In this document: positions 40,923-49,237 of the stretch, one piece after another
Position numbering within the stretch: the first letter of the stretch is position 1
Layout: each line of letters begins with the position of its first letter
Assembly (NCBI GenBank): GCA_037130175.1
Contig: JBAXTN010000006.1
Coordinates: 21,829 to 85,828 of the forward strand
Source of the DNA: a bacterium
Lineage (GTDB): Bacteria; Verrucomicrobiota; Verrucomicrobiia; Chthoniobacterales; UBA6821
Reading direction: 5' to 3'
Length of the DNA: 64,000 nucleotides
Translations under genes and position numbers: made by a program
The notes under the pieces: generated by a model
The model's input: the letters and a program-made list of their open reading frames with translations, nothing else
Databases searched by the model: none
What the model was told of the DNA's origin: nothing

Positions 40923-42998
40923 TTATGCGGCTTGGGTGATGGTTTGCTGCTGGCTGGAGGCTTGTTTTTTCGCCAGGATTTCCTGATCGCAGCGAGGGCA
41001 GAAGGTGTGTTCCCCTGCAAGGTAGCCGTGGTTGGGGCAGATAGAGAAGGTGGGGGTGATGGTGATGTAAGGAAGCCGGAAGCGGGAAAGCACCCGCCTG
41101 ACGAGATCCCGGCAGGCCTGAGCACTGGAAAGGCGCTCATTCATGTACAGGTGGAGAACGGTTCCCCCGGTGTAGCGCCTTTGAAGTTCCTCCTGATGCG
41201 TGAGTGCCTCAAAGGGATCGTCAGTCGCACCGACTGGCAGCTGGCTTGAGTTGGTGTAGTAAGGGGCGGCTTCAGTACCCGCATGGAGCAGACCGGGAAA
41301 CTTGATGCGATCGACTCGGGCGAAGCGATGGGTGGCTCCCTCGGCTGGAGAGGCTTCAAGGTTGTAGAGATGCCCTGTTTTTTCCTGATAGTGGGTCATG
41401 CGTTCCCTCATGTGATCGAGTAACCGCACGGCAAAATCTTTTCCCCACGGGGTAGTGATATCTTCAAAACCGCCGGAAAAATTCCGAACGCACTCGTTCA
41501 CCCCGTTGATTCCAATGGTGGAAAAATGGTTTCGGAGGGTGCCGAGGTAGCGCTTCGTATAAGGAAAGAGTCCCTCGTCCATGTGGCGCTGGATGACCTT
41601 GCGTTTGAGTTCCAGACTCTCGGAGGCCAGATCCATGAGATGATCGAGCTGGGTATGGAGATTCCGTTCGCTGCCCCGGCAGATATAACCGAGACGGGCT
41701 GCATTGAGGGTGACGACACCCACCGATCCGGTCTGCTCCGCCGAACCGAAGAGTCCGTTGCCCCGTTTGAGCAATTCGCGCAGATCCAGCTGGAGACGGC
41801 AGCACATGGAGCGCACCATGCGGGGCTCGAGATCGGAATTTAGGAAATTCTGGAAGTAGGGGAGACCGTATTTTGCCGTCATTTCAAATAGGAGATCGGC
41901 ATTCTCCCCCTCCCAGACGAAATCCTTGGTGATGTTGTAGGTAGGAATCGGGAAGGTAAAGACCCGCTGCTTGGCATCGCCCTCCATCATCACTTCCAGA
42001 AAGGCTCGGTTGAGCATTGCCATCTCGGGTGCTAGATCGCCATAGGTGAATGGCATCTCCTTGCCCGCCAGCATGGGATGATCCCCGGCCAGATCGACGG
42101 GGCAAGTCCAATCAAAGGTCAGGTTGGTGAAGGGGGTCTGGGTGCCCCAACGGGAGGGAACATTCAGATTGAAAATGAACTCCTGCATGCATTGTTTGAC
42201 ATTCTCGTAATCAAGCTCGTCCTTGCGGACATAGGGGGCGAGGTAAGTGTCAAACGAGCTGAATGCCTGCGCTCCAGCCCATTCATTCTGGAGGGTTCCA
42301 AGAAAATTGACCATCTGTCCCATCGCCGTACGGAGATGCTTCGGCGGACCGGATTCGATCTTGTTGGGAACGCCGTTGAATCCTTCCCAAAGCAATTGTC
42401 TCAGCGACCATCCGGCGCAATATCCTGAGAGCATGTCGAGGTCATGGATGTGAAAGTCTCCCTCCCGGTGGGCATTGCCGATCTCCGGGGAATAGACATG
42501 ACTGAGCCAATAGTTGGCTGTCACTTTTCCCGCCACGGAAAGAATCATCCCGCCAAGGGAAAAACCCTGGTTGGCATTGGCATTCACGCGCCAGTCGCTG
42601 CGGTCGATGTACTCCTGGACCGATCCTATGGCATCGACCATGGCTGCCTTTCTGTCGCGAATCCGACGGTGGGCCTCCCGATAGACGATGTAGGCTCGTG
42701 CTGTCGTGAAGAGCTGATTTTCCATCAAGGTACGCTCCACAAAATCCTGAATCTGCTCGACTCCGAGCACCCGTTGCACGGGGGGGCTGGAAATGTAGGC
42801 AAGCACCTGCGCCGCGAGGGATTCCGCTTTGGTTGCGTCGAATTCCTCGGTTGCTACCCCCGCTTTGGTGATGGCTGCAATGATTTTTGCCTCGTCAAAT
42901 TCAACAAGTGCACCATCGCGCTTCCTCACGCAGACGGGAAGTTCCCGCAGGGGCATGGGTGTCTCTTGGAGTGGAATATCTATCATGGGGGTTTTCAT
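40923..42998 (-). CDS. nrdD: Anaerobic (class III) ribonucleoside-triphosphate reductase, large part lacking the glycyl-radical loop
   Basis: ATP-cone (VRKRDGALVEFDEAKIIAAITKA), active-site region VRSMCCRLQLDL, and zinc-site region SICPNHGYLAGEHTFCPRC. It then runs into a Q/S/T-rich tail and a TAA stop. Confidence 0.9.
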   Translation of the reverse strand: MKTPMIDIPLQETPMPLRELPVCVRKRDGALVEFDEAKIIAAITKAGVATEEFDATKAESLAAQVLAYISSPPVQRVLGVEQIQDFVERTLMENQLFTTARAYIVYREAHRRIRDRKAAMVDAIGSVQEYIDRSDWRVNANANQGFSLGGMILSVAGKVTANYWLSHVYSPEIGNAHREGDFHIHDLDMLSGYCAGWSLRQLLWEGFNGVPNKIESGPPKHLRTAMGQMVNFLGTLQNEWAGAQAFSSFDTYLAPYVRKDELDYENVKQCMQEFIFNLNVPSRWGTQTPFTNLTFDWTCPVDLAGDHPMLAGKEMPFTYGDLAPEMAMLNRAFLEVMMEGDAKQRVFTFPIPTYNITKDFVWEGENADLLFEMTAKYGLPYFQNFLNSDLEPRMVRSMCCRLQLDLRELLKRGNGLFGSAEQTGSVGVVTLNAARLGYICRGSERNLHTQLDHLMDLASESLELKRKVIQRHMDEGLFPYTKRYLGTLRNHFSTIGINGVNECVRNFSGGFEDITTPWGKDFAVRLLDHMRERMTHYQEKTGHLYNLEASPAEGATHRFARVDRIKFPGLLHAGTEAAPYYTNSSQLPVGATDDPFEALTHQEELQRRYTGGTVLHLYMNERLSSAQACRDLVRRVLSRFRLPYITITPTFSICPNHGYLAGEHTFCPRCDQEILAKKQASSQQQTITQAA

Positions 42999-43181
42999 CG
43001 GGAATCCTATATATTGTGGTATTTTTTCGGTTTATTGGAAAATGAACACCATTAGTGCTACCTTGAGAAGACGGCGAGTAAAAGAAAAATTATTCTCTTT
43101 TTTACTCTGTGTCATTCTAAATTTTAGAAAAAACCCATGCTCAGAGACCCTGGCAGCTGGGGTAAGAGGGAATCAGGGCAT

Positions 43182-43220
43182 AAAAAAAGCGCCGACCGAG
43201 TTCTCGGTGGCGCCTTTTTT
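43182..43220. terminator. Bidirectional intrinsic terminator downstream of rpsR
   Basis: A7 - GCGCCGACCGAG / CTCGGTGGCGC hairpin (one bulge) - T6. It lies 12 nt beyond the rpsR stop on the minus strand. Confidence 0.75.
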
Positions 43221-43231
43221 GGAAGGAAGCT

Positions 43232-43474
43232 TTATTTCATCAGCAAAGCGGCACGGGATCGCTTGATCTCACGAGTGATCTTGCGGTGAAGATGTGCGGC
43301 CAGTCCGGTCATGCGACGGGGAAGGATCTTTCCGCTTTCGGTGGTGAATTTTTTCAGAAGATCGGGATTTTTAAAATCGACGGCATCAACGGAAATATCG
43401 AGGCGACGGCGTGGCATGCAGCGGTTGGCACGGCGGAAGTTGGAGCGGCGCTGCGGTGTTTTGGGAATACTCAT
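43232..43474 (-). CDS. rpsR: 30S ribosomal protein S18
   Basis: DFKNPDLLKKFTTESGKILPRRMTGLAAHLHRKITREIKRSRAALLM. Confidence 0.93.
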   Translation of the reverse strand: MSIPKTPQRRSNFRRANRCMPRRRLDISVDAVDFKNPDLLKKFTTESGKILPRRMTGLAAHLHRKITREIKRSRAALLMK

Positions 43475-43506
43475 GGTGATGTCTCTGTGCGTTGTAAAAA
43501 GAGGGA

Positions 43507-43680
43507 TTATTTGGTCTCGCGGTGGAGAGTGTGGCGGCGAAGGTTCGGATTATACTTCTTCTTCTCAAGACGGCCGGGCGTATTGAGACTCTTCTTGTTG
43601 CGGGTCGTGGTATAGCGGGATACGGTTTTTCCTTCGGCAACCGCTTCGGTGCACTCAAGTGTAATGATGTCGCGTGGCAT
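43507..43680 (-). CDS. rpmG: 50S ribosomal protein L33 (57 aa; below the ORF-track cutoff)
   Basis: Hand translation of the minus strand gives [57 protein letters not shown]. It has only one Cys, so it is not the CxxC...CxxC zinc-ribbon form. Confidence 0.88.
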   Translation of the reverse strand: MPRDIITLECTEAVAEGKTVSRYTTTRNKKSLNTPGRLEKKKYNPNLRRHTLHRETK

Positions 43681-43725
43681 AAAATTGATGGTTGATAGTT
43701 TGTGATGCTGGCCAGGGATTGGAGC

Positions 43726-44541
43726 CTAGCTGTTCTCTGCTGTCTCTTCCTCTTCGCTTTCAGTCTCCTCTTCGGTCAGGCCAAAGAGCGAGTTGATATG
43801 AGGCCTGACACTGTGATGGTGCTGGCGTTTTTCAAGCTCAGCCTGACATTCCACCGTATAACGGGTGAAAGGAAGGGCTTCGAGGCGGTCGTGACGGATC
43901 GGCTTTTCACAGATATCGCACACGCCGTAAGACCCATCATCGATTCTTTTGAGCGCTTCGTCAATCTCGTAAAGCGACCCCTGTTCCTTGGAGAGCATGC
44001 TCAGGGCAAAGTCGCGATCGTAAGCATCGCTTCCCGCGTCGGCCTGATGCATCCCAAAAGCCGAGGTCTCACTTCCGGTATGAAGATTATCGCGTGCGAC
44101 ACCCCTCATGGAGTCAAGCAGGGTATCCTTGAGTTCGAGGAGGCGTTGGCGCTGTCTTGTCAGAAAGGGGGTCAGCTTATTTTTACTGGCCGCCGGTTTG
44201 CGGATGAACTGCTGGGCAAGAACCCGATCCGAAGATGAGGTAGTCTTAGTGGTGGCGGTTTTGGATGGGGAAATTTTTGCCTTGGAGGTCTTCTTTGCCG
44301 GGGTCAATGCAGATCCGGCAGCTTTGGAGGGGGCATTTTTAACAACCTTTTTTACCGTTGCCTTTGCAACAGGTTTTTTGGAGACAGGCTTCTTGGTAAC
44401 TGTCTTCACTGCTGGTTTCTTTACCTGCGGCTTCTTCGCAGCCTTCACGGATTGTTTGACGGCAGCACCGTGCTTAGCTCCTTTTGAGGAGGCTTTGGCT
44501 GCTGGTTTGACGGGCTTTTTAGCAGGTTTTTTCTTGGCCAT
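43726..44541 (-). CDS. DksA/TraR-family zinc-finger protein with long Lys/Ala/Pro-rich (histone H1-like) N-terminal domain
   Basis: The first ~110 aa are KKPAKKPVKPAAK...-type repeats. The DksA core follows: coiled coil with DAGSDAYDRDFALSML, finger GVCDICEKPIRHDRLEALPFTRYTVECQ (three of four Cys), and an acidic tail EEETESEEEE. Confidence 0.82.
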   Translation of the reverse strand: MAKKKPAKKPVKPAAKASSKGAKHGAAVKQSVKAAKKPQVKKPAVKTVTKKPVSKKPVAKATVKKVVKNAPSKAAGSALTPAKKTSKAKISPSKTATTKTTSSSDRVLAQQFIRKPAASKNKLTPFLTRQRQRLLELKDTLLDSMRGVARDNLHTGSETSAFGMHQADAGSDAYDRDFALSMLSKEQGSLYEIDEALKRIDDGSYGVCDICEKPIRHDRLEALPFTRYTVECQAELEKRQHHHSVRPHINSLFGLTEEETESEEEETAENS

Positions 44542-44767
44542 ATCGGATTGTGAACGAATTCGTGAGGGATGTTCTGTCTTTGTATTGAAAAATGGGGGAG
44601 GGGCTTGTTACATCTGACTGCCTAATCCCGCAAGCGAAATCGCCCCCAATTTTAAACAGGCAGGCCGGAGACATTCTCCCGCGCAGCGGGTCGGTCTCCT
44701 CGGCGGCATGATCGGGTATTGTCGAGGGAGAATACACTCCCTAGGATGAAACGCTTATTCCCGAATA

Positions 44768-46033
44768 ATGAAACCTCTACCCGGATTCCGAGACCTCTTT
44801 CCTGAGGACTTCGCGCGGCGCGCCTATTTGGTGAGCCACTGGCGCGAAACGGCGCGGCGCTATGGCTTTGTCGAGTTCGACGGGCCGACGCTGGAATCTG
44901 CCGAACTCTATCGCAAAAAAAACAGCGGTGGAGAGATTCTGGGTCAGTTGTATGAATTCACCGACAAAGGGGATCGCGCTGTCGCTCTACGACCCGAGGT
45001 CACTCCCACGCTCGCACGCATGGTTGCGGAGAGGCACCGTGACTACCCGAAGCCGCTGCGATGGTTCAATGTCGGCACATGTTTCCGTTATGAGCGCCAG
45101 CAACGGGGACGGTTGAGGGAGTTTCTCCAGTTTAACTGTGATCTTCTGGGAGATGCATCCTCCGCATCGGATGCCGAAGTGGTTGCCTTGTTGATCGATC
45201 TCCTTCGTTCATTCGGTCTTACGCACAAGGACTTTGTCATCCGTCTGAGCAATCGTCAGGCATGGTATGAATTTCTCGAAGGTCATGGAGTTGAAAAAGA
45301 GCGCGCCGGGGAGTTCCTGAGTATCGTTGATAAGATGGAGCGTGAACCCGCCGAGAAGACGGAGGAGAAACTGCTGCCCTTCGGCATATCCCTCGCCTCG
45401 TTGCGTGAGTTTGTGGAGCGCTCGGAGATCCCGAGCCTTGATCCGCTGCTGGCTGATCTCGAAGCACGCGGATTGCGGGATTTTGTGAGACCTGATCCGG
45501 GCGTGGTGCGTGGGTTGGCTTACTACACCGGCATCGTTTTTGAGGCCTTTGCGCTTCAGGGGAATCTACGGGCCATTGCTGGTGGTGGTCGCTATGATCG
45601 TCTGCTAAAAGACCTAAGCGACGGATCTGCTGATCTGCCGGCGGTCGGTTTCGGTGTCGGCGATGCCGTCCTGCTGGAACTCATCAATGAAATCCCTGCC
45701 GCCAAAGTCCAAGAGGAAGCGGTCCTGAAAGCGGATGCCCCGACACAACTCTATCTTGTGATTGCCGCCGAGGAGCGGCGCCTCTCTGCACTCTCACTTG
45801 CCCAGCAACTCCGTTCTGCTGGCTGGCGCGTGGCCTTTTCTCTTGGTGCCGAACGGGTTGGTAAACAGTTTGGTGCTGCCGAGGTCTCCGGAGCCGCCTA
45901 TGCTGTGGTCATTGGAGCCGAATGGCCCAGAGTGAAGGTTAAACGCCTCGCCGATCGTCATGAGGAAGAGCTTACGGAAGGAGGCCTCCTTGCATGGCTT
46001 CAGGAAAATCGAAATCTGAAAGCCGAGGTCTGA
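44768..46033 (+). CDS. hisS: Histidyl-tRNA synthetase
   Basis: Class II motifs (LRPEVTPTLARM, CFRYERQQRGRLREFLQFNCDLLG, AIAGGGRYDRLL) plus a C-terminal anticodon-binding domain. Confidence 0.95.
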   Translation: MKPLPGFRDLFPEDFARRAYLVSHWRETARRYGFVEFDGPTLESAELYRKKNSGGEILGQLYEFTDKGDRAVALRPEVTPTLARMVAERHRDYPKPLRWFNVGTCFRYERQQRGRLREFLQFNCDLLGDASSASDAEVVALLIDLLRSFGLTHKDFVIRLSNRQAWYEFLEGHGVEKERAGEFLSIVDKMEREPAEKTEEKLLPFGISLASLREFVERSEIPSLDPLLADLEARGLRDFVRPDPGVVRGLAYYTGIVFEAFALQGNLRAIAGGGRYDRLLKDLSDGSADLPAVGFGVGDAVLLELINEIPAAKVQEEAVLKADAPTQLYLVIAAEERRLSALSLAQQLRSAGWRVAFSLGAERVGKQFGAAEVSGAAYAVVIGAEWPRVKVKRLADRHEEELTEGGLLAWLQENRNLKAEV

Positions 46034-46152
46034 AGATCAGGCCGGAAATCAATCAAACCAGATACATAGCGAACAAATAAAAATACACCTTGGATCATTG
46101 AATCCTTTTTCAGGTTTCAAGTTTCAGGTTTCATCCTTCTCGCCATTTTCTT

Positions 46153-47931
46153 ATGCACTACCGTGATTGCCTCTGCGGCGCCCTGCGCCCATCTGACATT
46201 GGACGCACCTTGACCCTCAGTGGTTGGGTTGCCGGACGCCGTGATCATGGAGGGTTGATCTTCATTGATCTGCGCGACCGCGACGGGATCACCCAGGTGG
46301 TGTTTCGTCCCGAGGTTCATGCCGAGGCTGCTGCTGCCGCGCACAGTCTTCGATCCGAAGATGTCATCACGGTCAGCGGTGAGATCGTCGCCCGTCTCGC
46401 GGGAACAGAAAATTCCAAACTCCCGACAGGTGAAATTGAACTCGTTGCCGCCACGCTCACTATCCTTAATCGTTCGGAAGTGCCACCCTTTCCCATGGAT
46501 GAACGCATCGCCAACGAAGATCTCCGCCTGACGCATCGCTTCCTCGATCTGCGCCGTCCCGCGATGGCGGCTAATCTCCGTCTCCGTCACCGCGTAACAA
46601 AATCGATCCGTGATGTGCTTGATACCGAGGGATTCTGGGAAATCGAAACTCCGATTCTCTCCAAGAGCACACCGGAAGGAGCCCGTGATTTTCTTGTTCC
46701 CTCACGCCTCACCCCGGGGAGCTTCTATGCGCTGCCACAGGCCCCGCAGCAGTACAAGCAACTCCTGATGGTCGGTGGTGTGGACAAGTATTTCCAGATA
46801 GCCCGGTGCTTTCGGGATGAGGATCTCCGCGCCGACAGGCAACCTGAATTCACTCAGGTCGATATCGAGGCGTCCTTTATCAGGCCTGATGATCTCTATG
46901 CGTTGATCGAAAAAATGTTTCAACGCATTTTTCGTGAATCCCGCGGTGTCGAAATCACCGTTCCCTTCCAGCGCATGCCTTATTCCGAAGCAATGAACCG
47001 CTACGGGAGTGACAAGCCCGATACCCGCTACGGGATTGAAATCAGGGATGTGGGGGATGTCTTCAAGGAGAGTCAGTTCAAGGTTTTTCGCGCCGCACTT
47101 GAAGCGGGAGGTGTCGTCAAAGCCGTCAACGCCAAGGGATTTGCCTCCATCACCACCGGTCAGATCGAGGAGCTTACCGAAGTTGCGAAGAGCGCGGGAG
47201 CCAAGGGGTTGGCCTTCATCAAGGTTGAATACGGCGAATGGAAATCACCCATTGTGAAATTCTTCAGCGATGCGGAGAAGAAGGCCCTGACCCAATGCCT
47301 CGGCATTGAGGAGGGAGATCTTATTCTCTTTGGTGCCGACACTTGGGAAACAGCCTGCACGGCGCTGGGTCGGGTGCGTCTGCGTGTGGCGGATTTGCAG
47401 AAGCTGCCGATCGATCTGCTCCAACTTAATTTCCTCTGGGTTGTTGACTTTCCGATGCTTGCTTACAACGCAGAGGAGAAAAAATGGAATGCTGTCCATC
47501 ATCCCTTCACTCGTCCCAAGGCCGAGGATCGCGAATTGCTCAAGGATACCTCCAAGCTCGGAACTCTCCGCGCCGAGGCTTACGACATTGTGCTCAACGG
47601 TGTGGAAATCGGAGGTGGCAGCATCCGTATCCATGAGGGCGATCTGCAATCAGAAGTCTTCTCTGTCCTTGGAATCAACGAGGTTGAGCAGGAAGAGCTC
47701 TTTGGACACCTGCTCCGGGCTTTCCGTCATGGCGCGCCGCCTCACGGTGGTATAGCGCTTGGTCTTGACCGGTTGGTCGCGCTGATCGCTGGTGAGGAGT
47801 CGATTCGTGAAGTAATCGCCTTCCCCAAGAACAACCGTGGCGTCGAACTTCTGACCGCCTCTCCGGCGACTGTGGAACCAAAACAGCTGCGCGAACTGTA
47901 CATCGCCTCCACGGTCAAACCAAAGGAGTAG
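46153..47931 (+). CDS. aspS: Aspartyl-tRNA synthetase (bacterial type, 592 aa)
   Basis: OB domain (GWVAGRRDHGGLIFIDLRDRDGITQVV), CFRDEDLRADRQPEFTQVDIE, the GAD insertion, and GGIALGLDRLVALI. Confidence 0.96.
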   Translation: MHYRDCLCGALRPSDIGRTLTLSGWVAGRRDHGGLIFIDLRDRDGITQVVFRPEVHAEAAAAAHSLRSEDVITVSGEIVARLAGTENSKLPTGEIELVAATLTILNRSEVPPFPMDERIANEDLRLTHRFLDLRRPAMAANLRLRHRVTKSIRDVLDTEGFWEIETPILSKSTPEGARDFLVPSRLTPGSFYALPQAPQQYKQLLMVGGVDKYFQIARCFRDEDLRADRQPEFTQVDIEASFIRPDDLYALIEKMFQRIFRESRGVEITVPFQRMPYSEAMNRYGSDKPDTRYGIEIRDVGDVFKESQFKVFRAALEAGGVVKAVNAKGFASITTGQIEELTEVAKSAGAKGLAFIKVEYGEWKSPIVKFFSDAEKKALTQCLGIEEGDLILFGADTWETACTALGRVRLRVADLQKLPIDLLQLNFLWVVDFPMLAYNAEEKKWNAVHHPFTRPKAEDRELLKDTSKLGTLRAEAYDIVLNGVEIGGGSIRIHEGDLQSEVFSVLGINEVEQEELFGHLLRAFRHGAPPHGGIALGLDRLVALIAGEESIREVIAFPKNNRGVELLTASPATVEPKQLRELYIASTVKPKE

Positions 47932-48016
47932 CTTGTGACACTCGCGAATGGCGGCGTTGGTCTGCGCTTGAGCACCTTGCTCGCTATCATCTCACTCTGA
48001 TTCAAACTTTTCACTT

Positions 48017-48397
48017 ATGGTGCCTCAACTTCTCCCAGGATTTGAGGCAACCGTGGATCGCGTGGTCTATGATCCCGATCTCCCTGCCTCACCTGACCAA
48101 CCGCACCCGTTCATCTACTACATTACGATCCTGAACGGGAGTGATCAGACGATTACGGTAAAAGGACGCAAATGGGTGGTTCGTGCTGAGAATGGGCAGG
48201 TCACCGCAGTCGAAGGTGACGGGGTGGTCGGCTGCTTCCCTCGGCTTGAACCGGGAGAAGCTTTTTCCTACAACAGCTACCATACGACTGCGGGTCGAGC
48301 TGTTGCCGAAGGTGCCTATCTCGCCCTCACCGAGGCGGGAGAGGCTGTCGTGGCTAAAATCCCACCTTTCAATTTAATTCCTCCAGGTGCCTTATGA
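48017..48397 (+). CDS. apaG: ApaG (DUF525) protein
   Basis: FIYYITILNGSDQTITVKGRKWVVRAENGQVTAVEGDGVVGCFPRLEPGEAFSYNS is the typical ApaG beta-sandwich, 126 aa. Confidence 0.88.
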   Translation: MVPQLLPGFEATVDRVVYDPDLPASPDQPHPFIYYITILNGSDQTITVKGRKWVVRAENGQVTAVEGDGVVGCFPRLEPGEAFSYNSYHTTAGRAVAEGAYLALTEAGEAVVAKIPPFNLIPPGAL

Positions 48398-48499
48398 AAG
48401 CAATCGGAACTTACGGTAACGCGCGGTGCGATTCAGCAGATGTTTCCTGAAGAAGCGTTGGTTTTGTTTTCCCTGATTATTCACAAGGGGTAGTAATGG

Positions 48500-49231
48500 A
48501 TGCCGATGACGACAGAGTTCTTTGAGGAAAAAATCCCACGATCCTTTGTTTTTTCCCCTCTTCCCGAAGTGCCGCCTGCGGGCAGGGAGGCCGTGATTGT
48601 CATTGCTGATATCCCTCAGATAAAGCCCGTCCTGCTACCCGATGCGGAGTTGCAGAGGGTTGCAAAGCTGACTCATGCAGCCTCAAGGGATCGATTTCTT
48701 GCAGGCCGTTATCTGGTTCGTGGAATTTTATCAGCTTGGTTGGATATGGATTCGGAGAAGATACCCATTGAAATCACTGCCTCTGGAAAACCTTTTTTCA
48801 ATCATCACGAATTCGGCATTTCACATACTCAGCAATTGGTGGCAGCGGTTTTTTCGCCGATGCAGGCAGGCATCGACTTGGAAAAGGAACGCCCCCTCGA
48901 TTTCCATGCATTAGCCAACAGGTTCTTTTCTGGGGAGGAAGTCAGCTCTCTTGCCCGATCACAGAATCTCTCGGATTTTTTCCGTTTCTGGTGTTGCCGA
49001 GAGTCGGCGATCAAGGCCGATGGCAGGGGATTAGGAAAGCTGCTTGATGTGACGGCTGTGAGCCCTCCGAGTGGGGCAGCAGAAAGAGCGTCCATAACAT
49101 TGGTCACGATCGAAGGCGTGGTGTGGCATGCCTATCCATGGGTCCTGCGAGCCGGTATCCACGGAGCCGTTGCCTTCCGGGATATACCAAGTGTAATTCA
49201 CTGGTGTGATCTCAGGGAACCGTTAGGCTGA
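48500..49231 (+). CDS. 4'-phosphopantetheinyl transferase (Sfp-type)
   Basis: PPTase motifs FGISHTQQLVAAVF, GIDLEKERP and FWCCRESAIKADGRGL. Confidence 0.82.
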   Translation: MPMTTEFFEEKIPRSFVFSPLPEVPPAGREAVIVIADIPQIKPVLLPDAELQRVAKLTHAASRDRFLAGRYLVRGILSAWLDMDSEKIPIEITASGKPFFNHHEFGISHTQQLVAAVFSPMQAGIDLEKERPLDFHALANRFFSGEEVSSLARSQNLSDFFRFWCCRESAIKADGRGLGKLLDVTAVSPPSGAAERASITLVTIEGVVWHAYPWVLRAGIHGAVAFRDIPSVIHWCDLREPLG

Positions 49232-49237
49232 TCTTTC

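Noticed and set aside
40904-41140. The upstream 79 codons of ORF 40700..41140 (the frame carrying the glycyl-radical peptide).
   Set aside because: This part overlaps the conserved C-terminal region of nrdD in another frame and translates to P/S/K-rich low-complexity sequence. Only the part from ATG 40903 onward has NrdD-like sequence. It remains relevant as the window in which a frameshift could occur.
43004-43019. NrdR-box-like sequence ATCCTATATATTGTGG just upstream of nrdD (about 13/16 matches to my recollection of the acaCwAtATaTwgtgt consensus).
   Set aside because: Only one box is present, with no partner at the usual 31-32 bp spacing. It lies only 6 nt from the annotated start codon and is not itself palindromic. 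It may just be AT-rich promoter or RBS-region sequence, and no nrdR gene is in the window.
43140-43185. AGAGACCCTGGCAGC ... AGAGGGAATCAGGGC, superficially like the B12 box and GGGAA core of a cobalamin riboswitch.
   Set aside because: The elements are in the wrong order and on the wrong strand relative to nrdD. The other conserved riboswitch helices are not evident, and no plus-strand gene follows.
44554-44563. 10-bp palindrome ACGAATTCGT, 13 nt upstream of the DksA-like start; considered as a Zur/Fur-type box.
   Set aside because: It is too short, does not resemble known Zur or Fur consensus sequences, and lies where the RBS should be.
46111-46133. Short tandem motif CAGGTTTCA-AGTTTCA-GGTTTCA upstream of aspS.
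   Set aside because: There are only about three degenerate 7-8-nt copies and no known binding-site match. It could be a chance repeat in a promoter region.
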